Counted from the first letter of the stretch, positions 1 through 8,973 are shown. The stretch is 64,000 bases of DNA from Bacteroidetes bacterium UBA1941 (GCA_002336805.1 DDEZ01000012.1:647040-711039); one strand, 5' to 3'. Numbers and translations: made by a program. Notes: generated from the letters alone by a model not told the origin.

Positions 1-220
1 ACTCTGTGAGGCGGATCAGCATCTGGCCCAGTGCTGCTACTGCAAACAGCAGCAGTGTGGCAAAGATGATAAGCACATAGGCAAAATAGCTCTGCCCTGC
101 GGCTGGTGCAGCTGCAGTCGGAGCGGCAGCGGCCGGAGCGGCCTCCTGCGCATAGCTCATGTATGATAGTACAGCCATGGCCAGCGCTATGATGCTTTTA
201 TGATATATGGATGGTCTCAT
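1..220 (-). CDS. Probable CcoP-like membrane-anchored subunit of cbb3 oxidase; first ~73 codons only, gene runs off the left edge
   Basis: Absent from the ORF track because it is truncated. A reverse-strand ATG at 218-220 opens MRPSIYHKSIIALAMAVLSYMSYAQEAAPAAAAPTAAAPAAGQSYFAYVLIIFATLLLFAVAALGQMLIRLTE. This reads as a signal-like segment, an Ala/Pro linker and a TM helix, and it stays open to base 1. It lies just downstream of the ccoQ-like ORF in the usual ccoNO-Q-P order. No CxxCH motif falls inside the window, so the call rests on position and topology. Confidence 0.4.
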   Translation of the reverse strand, partial: MRPSIYHKSIIALAMAVLSYMSYAQEAAPAAAAPTAAAPAAGQSYFAYVLIIFATLLLFAVAALGQMLIRLTE

Positions 221-239
221 GTTTTTTGAATTGGTTTGT

Positions 240-404
240 TTAGTCTAATGGGATATTGGCTTGCTCGTCTATAAACTGCTTATTGGTGCGAAACGTAAAC
301 CACAGCAGGGCGATGAAGAAGACGAAGAAGATCACGAGTGAGATCTTGGGGTAGACACCTACACCCGCTATCGTCTCTGCATATCTTTTGAAAAAGCTGA
401 ACAT
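240..404 (-). CDS. CcoQ/FixQ-like small membrane protein of cbb3 oxidase (54 aa)
   Basis: Below the ORF-track cutoff; found by hand translation: MFSFFKRYAETIAGVGVYPKISLVIFFVFFIALLWFTFRTNKQFIDEQANIPLD. It has one TM helix and the IYP...SL.IF..FF and NIPLD-type ends I recall for Bacteroidota CcoQ-family proteins. It starts 21 nt after the ccoNO stop. Confidence 0.55.
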   Translation of the reverse strand: MFSFFKRYAETIAGVGVYPKISLVIFFVFFIALLWFTFRTNKQFIDEQANIPLD

Positions 405-425
405 GATTCTAAGATTTGGTGTTTA

Positions 426-2558
426 TCAATTTTGTGCCGCAGCAGTTTGTGGATTAGTCTTGATATCGCGGCCCAGGCGCTGCAGGTAGGCTATCACCGC
501 TATGATCTCCTTATTCTTAGACACCTTGATACCGTCCTTGGCCAGGCTGGCTTGTATCACAGTCTCCTGCTTCACCAGGTCCGTGCCTGCTATCGCCTCA
601 TAGCCCTTAGGATATGGTACGCCTAGCATTTGCATTGCCTTGATCTTGGCAGCAGTGGTATTGGTATCCAGATCGTGATCTATGATGTGCGGATAGGCAG
701 GCATGATAGATCCCGGACTCATGATGGTAGGGTCCATCATGTGGTTGTAGTGCCAGCTATCAGGATACTTGGCACCTTCGCGCTGCAGGTCCGGACCGGT
801 CCTCTTGGAGCCAAACTGGAATGGGTGGTCATAAACAAACTCACCAGCCTTGCTGTACTCGCCATAGCGCTCGGTCTCACTGCGGAATGGGCGGATCATC
901 TGAGAGTGGCAGTTGTAGCAGCCCTCGCGGATATAGATATCACGGCCATGGAGCTCCAGCGGAGTATATGGCTTCACACTGGCTATAGATGGTACATTTG
1001 ACTCTATGAGGAAGGTCGGTACGAACTCTATGATACCACCTATCGCTACCATGATGAAGCTGAAGATCAGCATCTGTACCGGCCTCCTCTCTATCACCCT
1101 GTGCCAGCCTTCTGTGCCGTGAGGGGTGTAGTTCTTCTCCAGAGCCGGAGCAGAGGCTTCTTCTTCTGCTACAAACTTGCCCTGAGCAGCAGTCTTGATG
1201 AGATTGTAGATACCTACGGTAGTACCTGTCAGGTAGAGCAGGCCACCCAGTGCGCGTGCGATATAGAATGGACGCAGGTAGCTGACAGTCTCCAGGAAGT
1301 TAGGGTACTTCAGGATACCTTCTGCGGTAAACTGCTTCCACATCAGGCTCTGATAGATACCACCCCAGTACATAGGTATAGCATAGAAGAGGATACCCAG
1401 TGTACCGAGCCAGAAGTGTGCATTGGCCAGGCGTACGCTGAAGAGTTTTGTATTGTACAGGCGAGGCAGCAGCCAGTAGAGAATACCAAAGGTCAGGAAT
1501 CCATTCCAGCCTAGCGCGCCTACGTGTACGTGAGCGATGGTCCAGTCTGTGTAGTGAGAGATCGCGTTTACACTCTTGATAGAGAGCAGTGGTCCCTCAA
1601 ATGTAGCCATGCCATATGCGGTCACAGCTACGACCATAAATTTCAGAACCGGATCTTCACGTACCTTGTCCCATGCACCACGTAGTGTCAGGAGGCCATT
1701 GATCATACCACCCCATGATGGTGCGATGAGCATCACTGAGAAGACGGTACCCAGAGACTGCGCCCAGTCTGGCAGCGCTGTATAGAGCAGGTGGTGAGGA
1801 CCAGCCCAGATATACAGGAATATCAACGCCCAGAAGTGGATGATAGAAAGGCGATAAGAATATACCGGGCGGTTAGCTGCCTTTGGCAGGAAGTAGTACA
1901 TCAGGCCCAGGTATGGAGTAGTGAGGAAGAATGCCACCGCATTGTGCCCATACCACCACTGTACGAGTGCATCCTGTACGCCTGCATAGAGAGAGTAGCT
2001 CTTGAATGCCGATATAGGCAGTTCCATAGAGTTTACGATATGCAGCATGGCTACAGTGATCCACGTAGCTATATAAAACCAGATCGCTACGTACAAATGG
2101 CGCTCCCTGCGGGTCAGGATAGTGGCAAACATATTGATACCAAACACTACCCAGATGAGTGTGATGGCGATATCTATAGGCCACTCCAGCTCTGCGTACT
2201 CCTTGCCCGCGCTGAGACCCAGCGGGAGCGTGATAGCAGCAGCTACGATGATGAGCTGCCAGCCCCAGAAGTGAATAGCCGAAAGCGCATCACTCCACAT
2301 ACGCGCCTTGAGCAGGCGCTGCAGAGAGTAGTACACTCCCATAAAAATACCATTGCCCACAAAGGCAAAGATCACCGCATTGGTATGCAGTGGGCGGAGC
2401 CGGCCAAAGGTGGTCCACTCTACGAAATTGAGCTGAGGAAATACGAGCTGCAAGGCAATGATGAGCCCTACCAGCATCCCTACGAAGCCCCACAGGAATG
2501 ACGCAAAAGCGAAGTTGCGTACCCACCTGTTGTCATACTTGAAAGTTTCTACCGTCAT
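426..2558 (-). CDS. ccoNO: cbb3-type cytochrome c oxidase, fused subunits I+II (CcoN-CcoO)
   Basis: 710-aa ORF. The N-terminal part is a polytopic haem-copper oxidase subunit I (HTNAVIFAFVGN, WYGHNAV, HFWALIFLYIWAGPHH, HVHVGALGW). The C-terminal part is a mono-haem CcoO module with CYNCHSQMIRPF. Confidence 0.95.
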   Translation of the reverse strand: MTVETFKYDNRWVRNFAFASFLWGFVGMLVGLIIALQLVFPQLNFVEWTTFGRLRPLHTNAVIFAFVGNGIFMGVYYSLQRLLKARMWSDALSAIHFWGWQLIIVAAAITLPLGLSAGKEYAELEWPIDIAITLIWVVFGINMFATILTRRERHLYVAIWFYIATWITVAMLHIVNSMELPISAFKSYSLYAGVQDALVQWWYGHNAVAFFLTTPYLGLMYYFLPKAANRPVYSYRLSIIHFWALIFLYIWAGPHHLLYTALPDWAQSLGTVFSVMLIAPSWGGMINGLLTLRGAWDKVREDPVLKFMVVAVTAYGMATFEGPLLSIKSVNAISHYTDWTIAHVHVGALGWNGFLTFGILYWLLPRLYNTKLFSVRLANAHFWLGTLGILFYAIPMYWGGIYQSLMWKQFTAEGILKYPNFLETVSYLRPFYIARALGGLLYLTGTTVGIYNLIKTAAQGKFVAEEEASAPALEKNYTPHGTEGWHRVIERRPVQMLIFSFIMVAIGGIIEFVPTFLIESNVPSIASVKPYTPLELHGRDIYIREGCYNCHSQMIRPFRSETERYGEYSKAGEFVYDHPFQFGSKRTGPDLQREGAKYPDSWHYNHMMDPTIMSPGSIMPAYPHIIDHDLDTNTTAAKIKAMQMLGVPYPKGYEAIAGTDLVKQETVIQASLAKDGIKVSKNKEIIAVIAYLQRLGRDIKTNPQTAAAQN

Positions 2559-2734
2559 TGTTCTGGATTTGTTTTATTGGATGAATCTGATCTGGTCGTG
2601 TCGTCAAAAAGGATACGCACTGAGGGTGTATAGTCATCGTCATACTGGCCCGCCTTGACACTCCACACAAATGCGAGGAGAAAGAGCAGTGCCATCAGGA
2701 GGCAGGCTGATATCAATACAAACAATACGCTCAT
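2555..2734 (-). CDS. ccoS: cbb3 oxidase maturation protein CcoS (59 aa)
   Basis: Below the ORF-track cutoff. Hand translation gives MSVLFVLISACLLMALLFLLAFVWSVKAGQYDDDYTPSVRILFDDTTRSDSSNKTNPEQ. It has a single TM helix followed by the GQ(F/Y)DD...P..RILFDD signature typical of CcoS/FixS. Its TGA overlaps the ccoNO ATG (ATGA at 2555-2558). Confidence 0.8.
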   Translation of the reverse strand: MSVLFVLISACLLMALLFLLAFVWSVKAGQYDDDYTPSVRILFDDTTRSDSSNKTNPEQ

Positions 2735-2754
2735 TTCTTGGTGATTAGCGGTAG

Positions 2755-2762
2755 CAAATGTA
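2755..2762 (-). promoter_or_regulatory. Candidate Bacteroidota -7 promoter box (TACATTTG) for ccoS-ccoNO
   Basis: The reverse strand reads TACATTTG, an exact match to the TAnnTTTG -7 consensus of Bacteroidota sigma-A promoters. It lies 20 nt upstream of the ccoS ATG. I found no convincing -33 TTG at canonical spacing. Confidence 0.3.
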
Positions 2763-2837
2763 GAGGGTGCGCAAAGGGAGACTTATGACCCCTGACAATG
2801 CTAAACCTGACGTTTGTCATGATTTTGTCACAGCAGC

Positions 2838-5258
2838 TCATATCAAATGCCTCCTGCGGGCGGCTACCCATGACAAAAAGGTGGAAAAACTGATGATCGT
2901 GATGCTACTGATCGGCATCAGTATAGCAGCTACCAGCGGGCTCATAGTGCCCTGCACGGCCAGGTAGATACCTACCATATTATATAGCAGGGATATGCCG
3001 TAGCTGATCTTGATGATGTGCATGGCATCCCCGGCATACCTGACCAGATGGTCTATACCTTTAAACCGCCTGGCATCTATGATAGCATCACAGGCCGGGG
3101 AGAAATTATTAGTATCATCAGATACTACGAGGCCTACATCGCTCTGGCGCAGGGCACCTGCATCATTCAGCCCATCTCCCACCATCATTACTTTGCCGGT
3201 ATGCTTCTCTTGCAGTTGCTTTATGAAGCGCAGCTTGTCTGCCGGTTGCTGGTCAAACATCAGGTGGTCTGCAGGAATGATCTGCCGGAGGTTTTCTTTT
3301 TCACGGTCATTGTCTCCAGAGAGTACGTAGAGGTCAAACTGTGACCTCAGCGTACGGATCAGGTCATTGAGGCCGGTGCGGTATTCGTTGCGGATATCGT
3401 AGTGGCCCTTGTAGGTGCCATCTATAGATATATGTACCGTAGATGCCTGAGGATTGTCGGCTATGGTCGCGGTACTGCCGGTATATTTTGCTGAACCTAC
3501 CCTGACCTGATGCCCATCTATACGTCCCTCAATGCCCTGTCCATGTATCTCCTGAAAGTCTGTCACAGTACTCAGCGTCGTGCCTGAGAGTGCCTGATAA
3601 ACCTTACGGCTCAAAGGATGAGATGAATGGTAGGTGAGCGATGCTATATATGCTTCCTCATAGGGTGTCAGCTGCGTACCGGCATAGCTGAGGTGCTGGC
3701 CGCTCTTGTCAGTGAGTGTACCTGTTTTATCAAAGATGATAGAGCGGATGGTAGTGATCTTTTCTATCACAGCCGTATTCTTCAGGTAGACACCATACTT
3801 CGCCAGTATGCGGATCGCATTGCCCAGGGTGAACGGTGCAGAGAGCGCCAGCGCACATGGACAGGTGATGATGAGCACAGCCGTGAATGCATTCATAGCC
3901 CGGTGCATATCTGTGCGGCCCCAGTAGATGCCGGCCGCTATGGCTATGAGCAGCACAGCTGGTGTGAAGTAGGTACTGACCTTATTAGCCAGTGCGAGTG
4001 TTGTTTGCTTTTCCTCTGACTTGAATGCGTCATCATTCCACAGCTGTGTCAGGTAGGAGTGCGAGACATCCTTTACCACGGTCATAGAGATCGTACTGCC
4101 GGTCTGCTTGCCACCGGCATAGATCATATCACCGGATTTCTTGGGTACCGGCACGGACTCACCGGTCACAAAGCTGTAGTCTATCATGGCCTCACCGGCC
4201 AGGAGGATAGAGTCGGCAGGGATCAGCTCCTCATTGCGCACCACTATCTCATCTCCTATGCTCAGACCAGAGAGGGGAATGGTAGACTCCACACCATCTC
4301 GCGATACACTGACAGATACCGGGAAGTAGGATTTATAATCACGGTCGAAGGCCAGCGTGGCATAGGTCTTATTCTGAAATAGCCTGCCTATGAGCATCAG
4401 CAGCGTGAGGCTGGCCAGGGTATCCATATAGCCTGCTCCCTGCAGCATAAAGATGTCATAGCTGCTACGCAGAAACATGACGATCATGCCCAGCACGATA
4501 GGGATGTCCATATTCACCGTGCGCTGGCGTAGCGCGGCATAGGCAGAGCGAAAGAACTCGCTGGCGCTATAGAATATCACGGGCAGGGATAGCAGGAAAT
4601 TGAGATAGCCAAAGAAGTGGCGCAGCGGCGTCTCACTCAGTGCGTCTATACCCAGGTACTCCGGGAAACTGAGCAGCATGATATTGCCAAAGGCAAAAAA
4701 TGCGACACCGATCTTGAGGTAATAAGACCGATTAGATGAAGAAGTGGCCTTAGACTCCAGATCATTGAAGGTGAGCTGCGGCTCATAGCCCAGGCTGGCT
4801 ATCAGCTCTACAGACTGGCGTAGCGATATATCATTCTTGCGAAAGGTGAGTCGTACCGTCTTGTGCACGAAGTCTACCTGAGACCTCACTATGGCCGGCT
4901 GGATCTTATAGATATTCTCCAGCAGGTAGATACAGGAGCTGCAGTGGATAGTAGGGATCTTAAAGCTGGCGATGGAGATCTCATCGTCGGTGTACTGGAT
5001 TAGGCGGGCAGCCGCCTGTGTGTCGTCCAGCCAGTCATATTTCACCCGGCTGCGGCCTGCCTTTTGTGCAGTACCGGGGCGCGCGTTGAGGTCATAGTAG
5101 CAGCTCAGGTCATTGCCAGATAGCAGCTCATACACTGTCTTGCACCCCGCACAGCAGAATGGCTTATCATCATAGATGAGGCTATCTGCCACACATGGTT
5201 CACCACAGTGATAGCAGACAGCCTGACTACCAGCCAGGCTGTAGGTAGCGGTAGCCAT
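2838..5258 (-). CDS. ccoI: Heavy-metal (copper) translocating P1B-type ATPase, CcoI/FixI-like
   Basis: 806 aa. It has N-terminal Cys clusters (CYHCGEPC, CCAGC), the transmembrane CPC motif (ITCPCALALS), the phosphorylation site FDKTGTLT and the hinge GDGLNDAGAL. It lies immediately upstream of ccoS-ccoNO. Confidence 0.9.
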   Translation of the reverse strand: MATATYSLAGSQAVCYHCGEPCVADSLIYDDKPFCCAGCKTVYELLSGNDLSCYYDLNARPGTAQKAGRSRVKYDWLDDTQAAARLIQYTDDEISIASFKIPTIHCSSCIYLLENIYKIQPAIVRSQVDFVHKTVRLTFRKNDISLRQSVELIASLGYEPQLTFNDLESKATSSSNRSYYLKIGVAFFAFGNIMLLSFPEYLGIDALSETPLRHFFGYLNFLLSLPVIFYSASEFFRSAYAALRQRTVNMDIPIVLGMIVMFLRSSYDIFMLQGAGYMDTLASLTLLMLIGRLFQNKTYATLAFDRDYKSYFPVSVSVSRDGVESTIPLSGLSIGDEIVVRNEELIPADSILLAGEAMIDYSFVTGESVPVPKKSGDMIYAGGKQTGSTISMTVVKDVSHSYLTQLWNDDAFKSEEKQTTLALANKVSTYFTPAVLLIAIAAGIYWGRTDMHRAMNAFTAVLIITCPCALALSAPFTLGNAIRILAKYGVYLKNTAVIEKITTIRSIIFDKTGTLTDKSGQHLSYAGTQLTPYEEAYIASLTYHSSHPLSRKVYQALSGTTLSTVTDFQEIHGQGIEGRIDGHQVRVGSAKYTGSTATIADNPQASTVHISIDGTYKGHYDIRNEYRTGLNDLIRTLRSQFDLYVLSGDNDREKENLRQIIPADHLMFDQQPADKLRFIKQLQEKHTGKVMMVGDGLNDAGALRQSDVGLVVSDDTNNFSPACDAIIDARRFKGIDHLVRYAGDAMHIIKISYGISLLYNMVGIYLAVQGTMSPLVAAILMPISSITIISFSTFLSWVAARRRHLI

Positions 5259-5259
5259 T

Positions 5260-5463
5260 TTATTTTTGCTCTATCTCGCTTTGATCGCAGGTATTGAATC
5301 CGGCTATATCATACAGCGGACAGTAGAAAAGGGCTGCAGTGACGAATGGGATGATAGAGAAGAGGGCGATCCACCATGGGCCAGCCAATACGCCATAGGC
5401 GATAAAGATGAATCCCAGGATCATACGGAATACGCCGTCAAATGCACCGATGTTCTTTTTCAT
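5260..5463 (-). CDS. DUF2892 (YgaP-like) small membrane protein
   Basis: MKKNIGAFDGVFRMILGFIFIAYGVLAGPWWIALFSIIPFVTAALFYCPLYDIAGFNTC fits the two-TM DUF2892 pattern (N.G..DR..R...G..., ending CP.Y...G). I prefer the internal ATG at 5463 over the track start at 5493. The stop lies 1 nt before the ccoI start. Confidence 0.7.
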   Translation of the reverse strand: MKKNIGAFDGVFRMILGFIFIAYGVLAGPWWIALFSIIPFVTAALFYCPLYDIAGFNTCDQSEIEQK

Positions 5464-5593
5464 GACTTTTAGTTTTAGTGACACAAAGGTCACCCGCCGG
5501 GGGCACTAAAAAGGTGAGCGGGGTTAGAGCACCGCATGACTTTTGTCAGTGCCTCGTTTCCTATCATTGGGATTAAATCCTAATTTGCACCGC

Positions 5594-6283
5594 ATGCATG
5601 AGGAAGAACACTTCGAAGGATCTGACCTGGTCAGGGATATAGTGATAGGTATGGCAGATGGCCTCACAGTACCTTTTGCACTGGCAGCGGGCCTGAGCGG
5701 TGCAGTAGACTCTACTCATATTATCGTCACTGCCGGCATAGCAGAGATAGCCGCAGGCAGTATAGCCATGGGCCTGGGTGGATACCTATCCGGCCGTACG
5801 GAGCTGGAGCATTATAAATCCGAAGAGGCCCGCGAGTACTACGAAGTGGAGCAGTTTCCTGAGAAGGAGCGCGCCGAGGTCAAAGAAATATTCGCGCACT
5901 ATGGTATAGCTGAGGATGTGCAGGACCGGATAGTAGATGAGCTCTCTAAGGATAAAAAGAAGTACGTCGACTTTATGATGCGCTATGAGCTGGGCCTGGA
6001 GGAGCCGAGCGCTAACCGTGCCCGCAATAGTGCCCTGACCATAGGTGCCTCCTATATAGCGGGAGGCCTCATCCCACTACTGCCCTATCTGATCATGGCA
6101 GATGTACACATGGCACTGATCGTATCTGTGATCGTGACCCTGCTGGCACTATTGATATTCGGCTATGTCAAAAGCCGCGTCACAGGCCAGCCTCCTTTCA
6201 AGGGTGCATTTAACACCATGATCATCGGTGCCCTGGCCGCAGGAGCAGCCTTTGGCATCGCCTCTCTCTTTCAGAAAGGTTAA
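5594..6283 (+). CDS. VIT1/CCC1-family iron/manganese transporter
   Basis: MHEEEHFEGSDLVRDIVIGMADGLTVPFALAAGLSGA followed by a C-terminal hydrophobic bundle is typical of the VIT family. The ATG at 5594 is preferred over the TTG at 5543 used by the track. Confidence 0.8.
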   Translation: MHEEEHFEGSDLVRDIVIGMADGLTVPFALAAGLSGAVDSTHIIVTAGIAEIAAGSIAMGLGGYLSGRTELEHYKSEEAREYYEVEQFPEKERAEVKEIFAHYGIAEDVQDRIVDELSKDKKKYVDFMMRYELGLEEPSANRARNSALTIGASYIAGGLIPLLPYLIMADVHMALIVSVIVTLLALLIFGYVKSRVTGQPPFKGAFNTMIIGALAAGAAFGIASLFQKG

Positions 6284-6289
6284 ACTTTT

Positions 6290-7444
6290 TTAATGATGAA
6301 ACGGATTGGAAAAATCCGGATTGTGCAGGTACGCTGTATCGGTGAGCGTTTTGAGAAATGCTACCAGATCGGCTTTCTCCTGTACCGTGAGATCGGGTAT
6401 GGTAGGATATACCAGGCGCTCCATCAGCGGGTCTACAGTAGGTGATTTGCGCAGGCTGTCATAGCTGGCGTAGTGATCTACTACCTGCTCCAGCGTAGTG
6501 AAGCGGCCATCATGCATATAGGGCGCAGACACCTCCACATTCCTCAGGGCCGGTATTTTAAATTTGCCGTAGTCGCTCAGCTGGTTCGTCACCTTGCCAT
6601 AGCCAAAGTCTGCAAACTGGTAAACAGTAGCCACCGTGTCCAAAGCATTATTGCGCATAGGCTGGTTTACATTGGCAAAAGTCAGGTAGGGGGCATCCAT
6701 GTGGCAATGCACACAGTCACCTTTCTGCTGATCAAAGAAGATATTCTTTCCATTCAGCTCACTGGCAGTGAGTGTGACACCAGCCTCTCCCCTGTTCACT
6801 CTATCATATTTTGAGTCTTCGGCGCGCAGGGTACGTATGAACTGCGCGATCGCCTTTACGATCTTTGCCTCTGTGACCAGATGTGCAGAGTCTACAGGCC
6901 TGCCAAAGGCTTTACGGAAAAGGTATTTGTATGCCGGCGTAGTATCGAGATAGGCAAAGGCGCCCGTCAGGTCAGGACTCTGCTCATTAGTAAAGGCATC
7001 ATCTACTGCCGTCTCTATAGTAGCCTGCCTGCCATCCCAGAAAAAGATGGTATTCACTCCCAGGTTGACGAGTGTGGAGGCGTTGCGCTTAGTAGGTCCA
7101 TGCACATTAGTGCTCAGCCGCTGATCGTCACCAAAGGAGTATTCCTGCTTGTGGCAGGTACCGCATGACACCCGCTTATTGAGTGACAGTGTGGAGTCAT
7201 AGAATAGCATCCGTCCTAGCTGTATACCTTCGTAGGTAGCCTGGTTGTCCTGCGGCTGGGAGACGGACCTGTAGGAGTAGATTCCACCCGATGTACGTGT
7301 AAATGTGTACGGCCTGCCTATATACAGGCTATCAGGGTCCTGATTGCCCCCCTGGCTTACAGGCGGGTCATGCTTGCACTGCGCCAGCAATATTATGAGC
7401 AGGCTGCTCAGTAGTAAAGTATAAATCCTGGATCTCCGGTGCAT
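6290..7444 (-). CDS. Di-haem cytochrome c peroxidase family lipoprotein (MauG/MbnH-like)
   Basis: It has two CxxCH motifs (CGTCHKQEYSF and CVHCHMDAPYL), a lipobox (LLAQC) and the CCP-family C-terminal PALRNVEVSAPYMHDG motif. Confidence 0.8.
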   Translation of the reverse strand: MHRRSRIYTLLLSSLLIILLAQCKHDPPVSQGGNQDPDSLYIGRPYTFTRTSGGIYSYRSVSQPQDNQATYEGIQLGRMLFYDSTLSLNKRVSCGTCHKQEYSFGDDQRLSTNVHGPTKRNASTLVNLGVNTIFFWDGRQATIETAVDDAFTNEQSPDLTGAFAYLDTTPAYKYLFRKAFGRPVDSAHLVTEAKIVKAIAQFIRTLRAEDSKYDRVNRGEAGVTLTASELNGKNIFFDQQKGDCVHCHMDAPYLTFANVNQPMRNNALDTVATVYQFADFGYGKVTNQLSDYGKFKIPALRNVEVSAPYMHDGRFTTLEQVVDHYASYDSLRKSPTVDPLMERLVYPTIPDLTVQEKADLVAFLKTLTDTAYLHNPDFSNPFHH

Positions 7445-7445
7445 C

Positions 7446-8156
7446 TTACTGAAGGGTAAATATCTGGGTAAAATTGTCAGCTACCTTCACGGCTATACCT
7501 ACAGAGTCTGTGCTGTGCGTACCGGGCTGGGTCAGCACATTTACTGCATTGGTCCCGCTGAATACCTTAGACACATCTGCATCCAGTACGAGGTTTGTAG
7601 CACTACCATTTGCTATAGTGAAAGCCTTATCTACTTCGGTCGTCCTGTACATCACATCAGTGCCTATATGGTAAAAGAAGCTATTGCCCAGGCTAGTGGT
7701 GCTGCCCGAGTGTCCCTCCATCTGTATAAAAAGATGATTGAGCCCCATAGGCCAGTATAGCACGTCTGGCTTGTAGGCTGAGTTATCATCTACCAGTGCC
7801 GGACTGATGCTATTTTGCACGGAGTCCAGCCCTATTCCAAATTTGATCCCCTTGTAGCTGCCATCTACCGCCTTCAGGTCGATCTTGATAGCGCTGCCTG
7901 TATACCAGATGAGCGCCATAGAGTCTACTTCCACTTCACTGTTATCTGATTTGACGAGCTTGATGTGAGAGAGGTACATGCCAAAGCTGGAGAACTTCAT
8001 ATATCCACCCGGAGAGGAGTAGGTCGTATTATTGAGTTGCAGGTTATCCGAGCCCCATTTGGGCTGCAGCGTGAGGCTCAGGGTAGCAGGATCTTTGTGG
8101 CAGGAGGCGAGACCCAGAGCCAGGCCTATAAACAGCAGGACATACACTTTTCTCAT
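7446..8156 (-). CDS. MbnP-family-like lipoprotein (putative copper-binding partner of the adjacent di-haem enzyme)
   Basis: MRKVYVLLFIGLALGLASC is a lipobox. The pattern LQPKWGSDNLQLNNTTYSSPGGYMKFSSFGMYLSHIKLVKSDNSEVEV resembles what I recall for Bacteroidota MbnP-family proteins. The stop lies 1 nt before the peroxidase start, matching the MbnP-MbnH gene order. The family call comes from memory and context, not from an alignment. Confidence 0.5.
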   Translation of the reverse strand: MRKVYVLLFIGLALGLASCHKDPATLSLTLQPKWGSDNLQLNNTTYSSPGGYMKFSSFGMYLSHIKLVKSDNSEVEVDSMALIWYTGSAIKIDLKAVDGSYKGIKFGIGLDSVQNSISPALVDDNSAYKPDVLYWPMGLNHLFIQMEGHSGSTTSLGNSFFYHIGTDVMYRTTEVDKAFTIANGSATNLVLDADVSKVFSGTNAVNVLTQPGTHSTDSVGIAVKVADNFTQIFTLQ

Positions 8157-8263
8157 AAAACAGGAATGAGTCATGAAGTTACCAATAAATACGGCCACCT
8201 GTCGGTAGGCTTACGCATTTTTTGTTAATCGCAAAGTTAATTTAATGTGTATCTTACTATCTT

Positions 8264-8599
8264 ATGATGGTTGTCATTTTCCGCAGGGTCATGATCGTCT
8301 TTCTCACCATATGCCTGGGCGTACATGTGGTGGGCTTGATCAGGCCATTCAGCAGTGAGCCAGTCTGGTCTCATATAGCGCACCTGCTCAGCTATGCGCT
8401 GTGTATGTACTGCGTGGTGCGTCCGCCACAGGTGGCATGGCTGCTCTATACTATAGGTGCCATCTATCCGTTTGTCTATCATGCACGCTGTGCCTGGAGC
8501 CAGTACATGGCGTACGGTCAGCTCGCGGCCATCTGTATACTGGTAGTAGTGCTCATGCCAGCCGGCTGGTGGCTGGTCAGGACGGGTCAGAAGGCATGA
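8264..8599 (+). CDS. Hypothetical 4-TM membrane protein (111 aa); strand assignment uncertain
   Basis: It shows four ~20-residue hydrophobic segments separated by short R/P-containing loops, and the third-position G+C is higher than in the opposing frame. It fully overlaps an antisense 140-aa ORF (8237-8659). That ORF's product has 12 His, no Phe and very few aliphatic residues, which looks like a shadow frame. The plus ORF's codon usage (5 GTC, 3 TGT) is not ideal, so confidence is low. Confidence 0.4.
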   Translation: MMVVIFRRVMIVFLTICLGVHVVGLIRPFSSEPVWSHIAHLLSYALCMYCVVRPPQVAWLLYTIGAIYPFVYHARCAWSQYMAYGQLAAICILVVVLMPAGWWLVRTGQKA

Positions 8600-8706
8600 T
8601 TCAGTCAGCGTACGGCTTTTCATAGTCAAAGCATCCGGGCGACACAATAAAAAACCCATCCGGCGTTTATATGGGGCATCGATTGATAAACCATCAAAAA
8701 TCTAAC

Positions 8707-8943
8707 ATGATACAAAGCTCTACATCTGACCTCCTCACCCTCCTCGCCTACGGCGAACTCCCGGAAAAAGAAGCTACTGCCCTGCAGGCGCAGATCGCTG
8801 CAGACCCGGCACTGGCCGCAGAGTGGGATACTATCCGCCAGACCATAGATGAACTTTCGGGTATCAGCTTCTCTCCCAGCGAGACCTCTACCAAGATCGT
8901 ACTGGAGCATAGCTGCAAGACCGAGCACCTGCAGGATATCTAG
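8707..8943 (+). CDS. Small hypothetical protein (78 aa)
   Basis: MIQSSTSDLLTLLAYGELPEKEATALQAQIAADPALAAEWDTIRQTIDEL uses the local codon style (CTG, CAG, ATC, GCC). I prefer the internal ATG at 8707. The overlapping minus-strand 100-aa ORF looks like a shadow frame. Confidence 0.55.
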   Translation: MIQSSTSDLLTLLAYGELPEKEATALQAQIAADPALAAEWDTIRQTIDELSGISFSPSETSTKIVLEHSCKTEHLQDI

Positions 8944-8973
8944 CCTTATCCTAAAAAGTAGTTAAATAGAATA

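Noticed and set aside
2813-2832. TTTGTCATGATTTTGTCACA between ccoI and ccoS, considered as an FNR/CRP-type oxygen-response site for the cbb3 operon.
   Set aside because: It is a direct repeat of TTTGTCA, not the TTGAT-N4-ATCAA or TGTGA-N6-TCACA inverted repeat. There is no support beyond its location.
8237-8659. 140-aa minus-strand ORF (128 aa from MKSRTL) that is His/Trp/Tyr-rich and co-directional with the MbnP/MbnH pair. It was tempting as a metal-binding first gene of that operon.
   Set aside because: It is the exact antisense shadow frame of the 4-TM ORF at 8264-8599. Its product has 12 His, no Phe, only 7 Leu and almost no hydrophobic core. Its third-position G+C is lower than that of the plus frame. 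However, its codon usage is not worse than that of the plus ORF, so the strand call remains uncertain. Homology search or ribosome profiling would settle it.
8626-8928. 100-aa minus-strand ORF overlapping the 78-aa plus-strand gene.
   Set aside because: The plus frame (8707-8943) has host-typical codons and a natural-looking sequence. The minus product (…CGQCRVCSDLRLQGSSFFFREF…) looks like a shadow frame.
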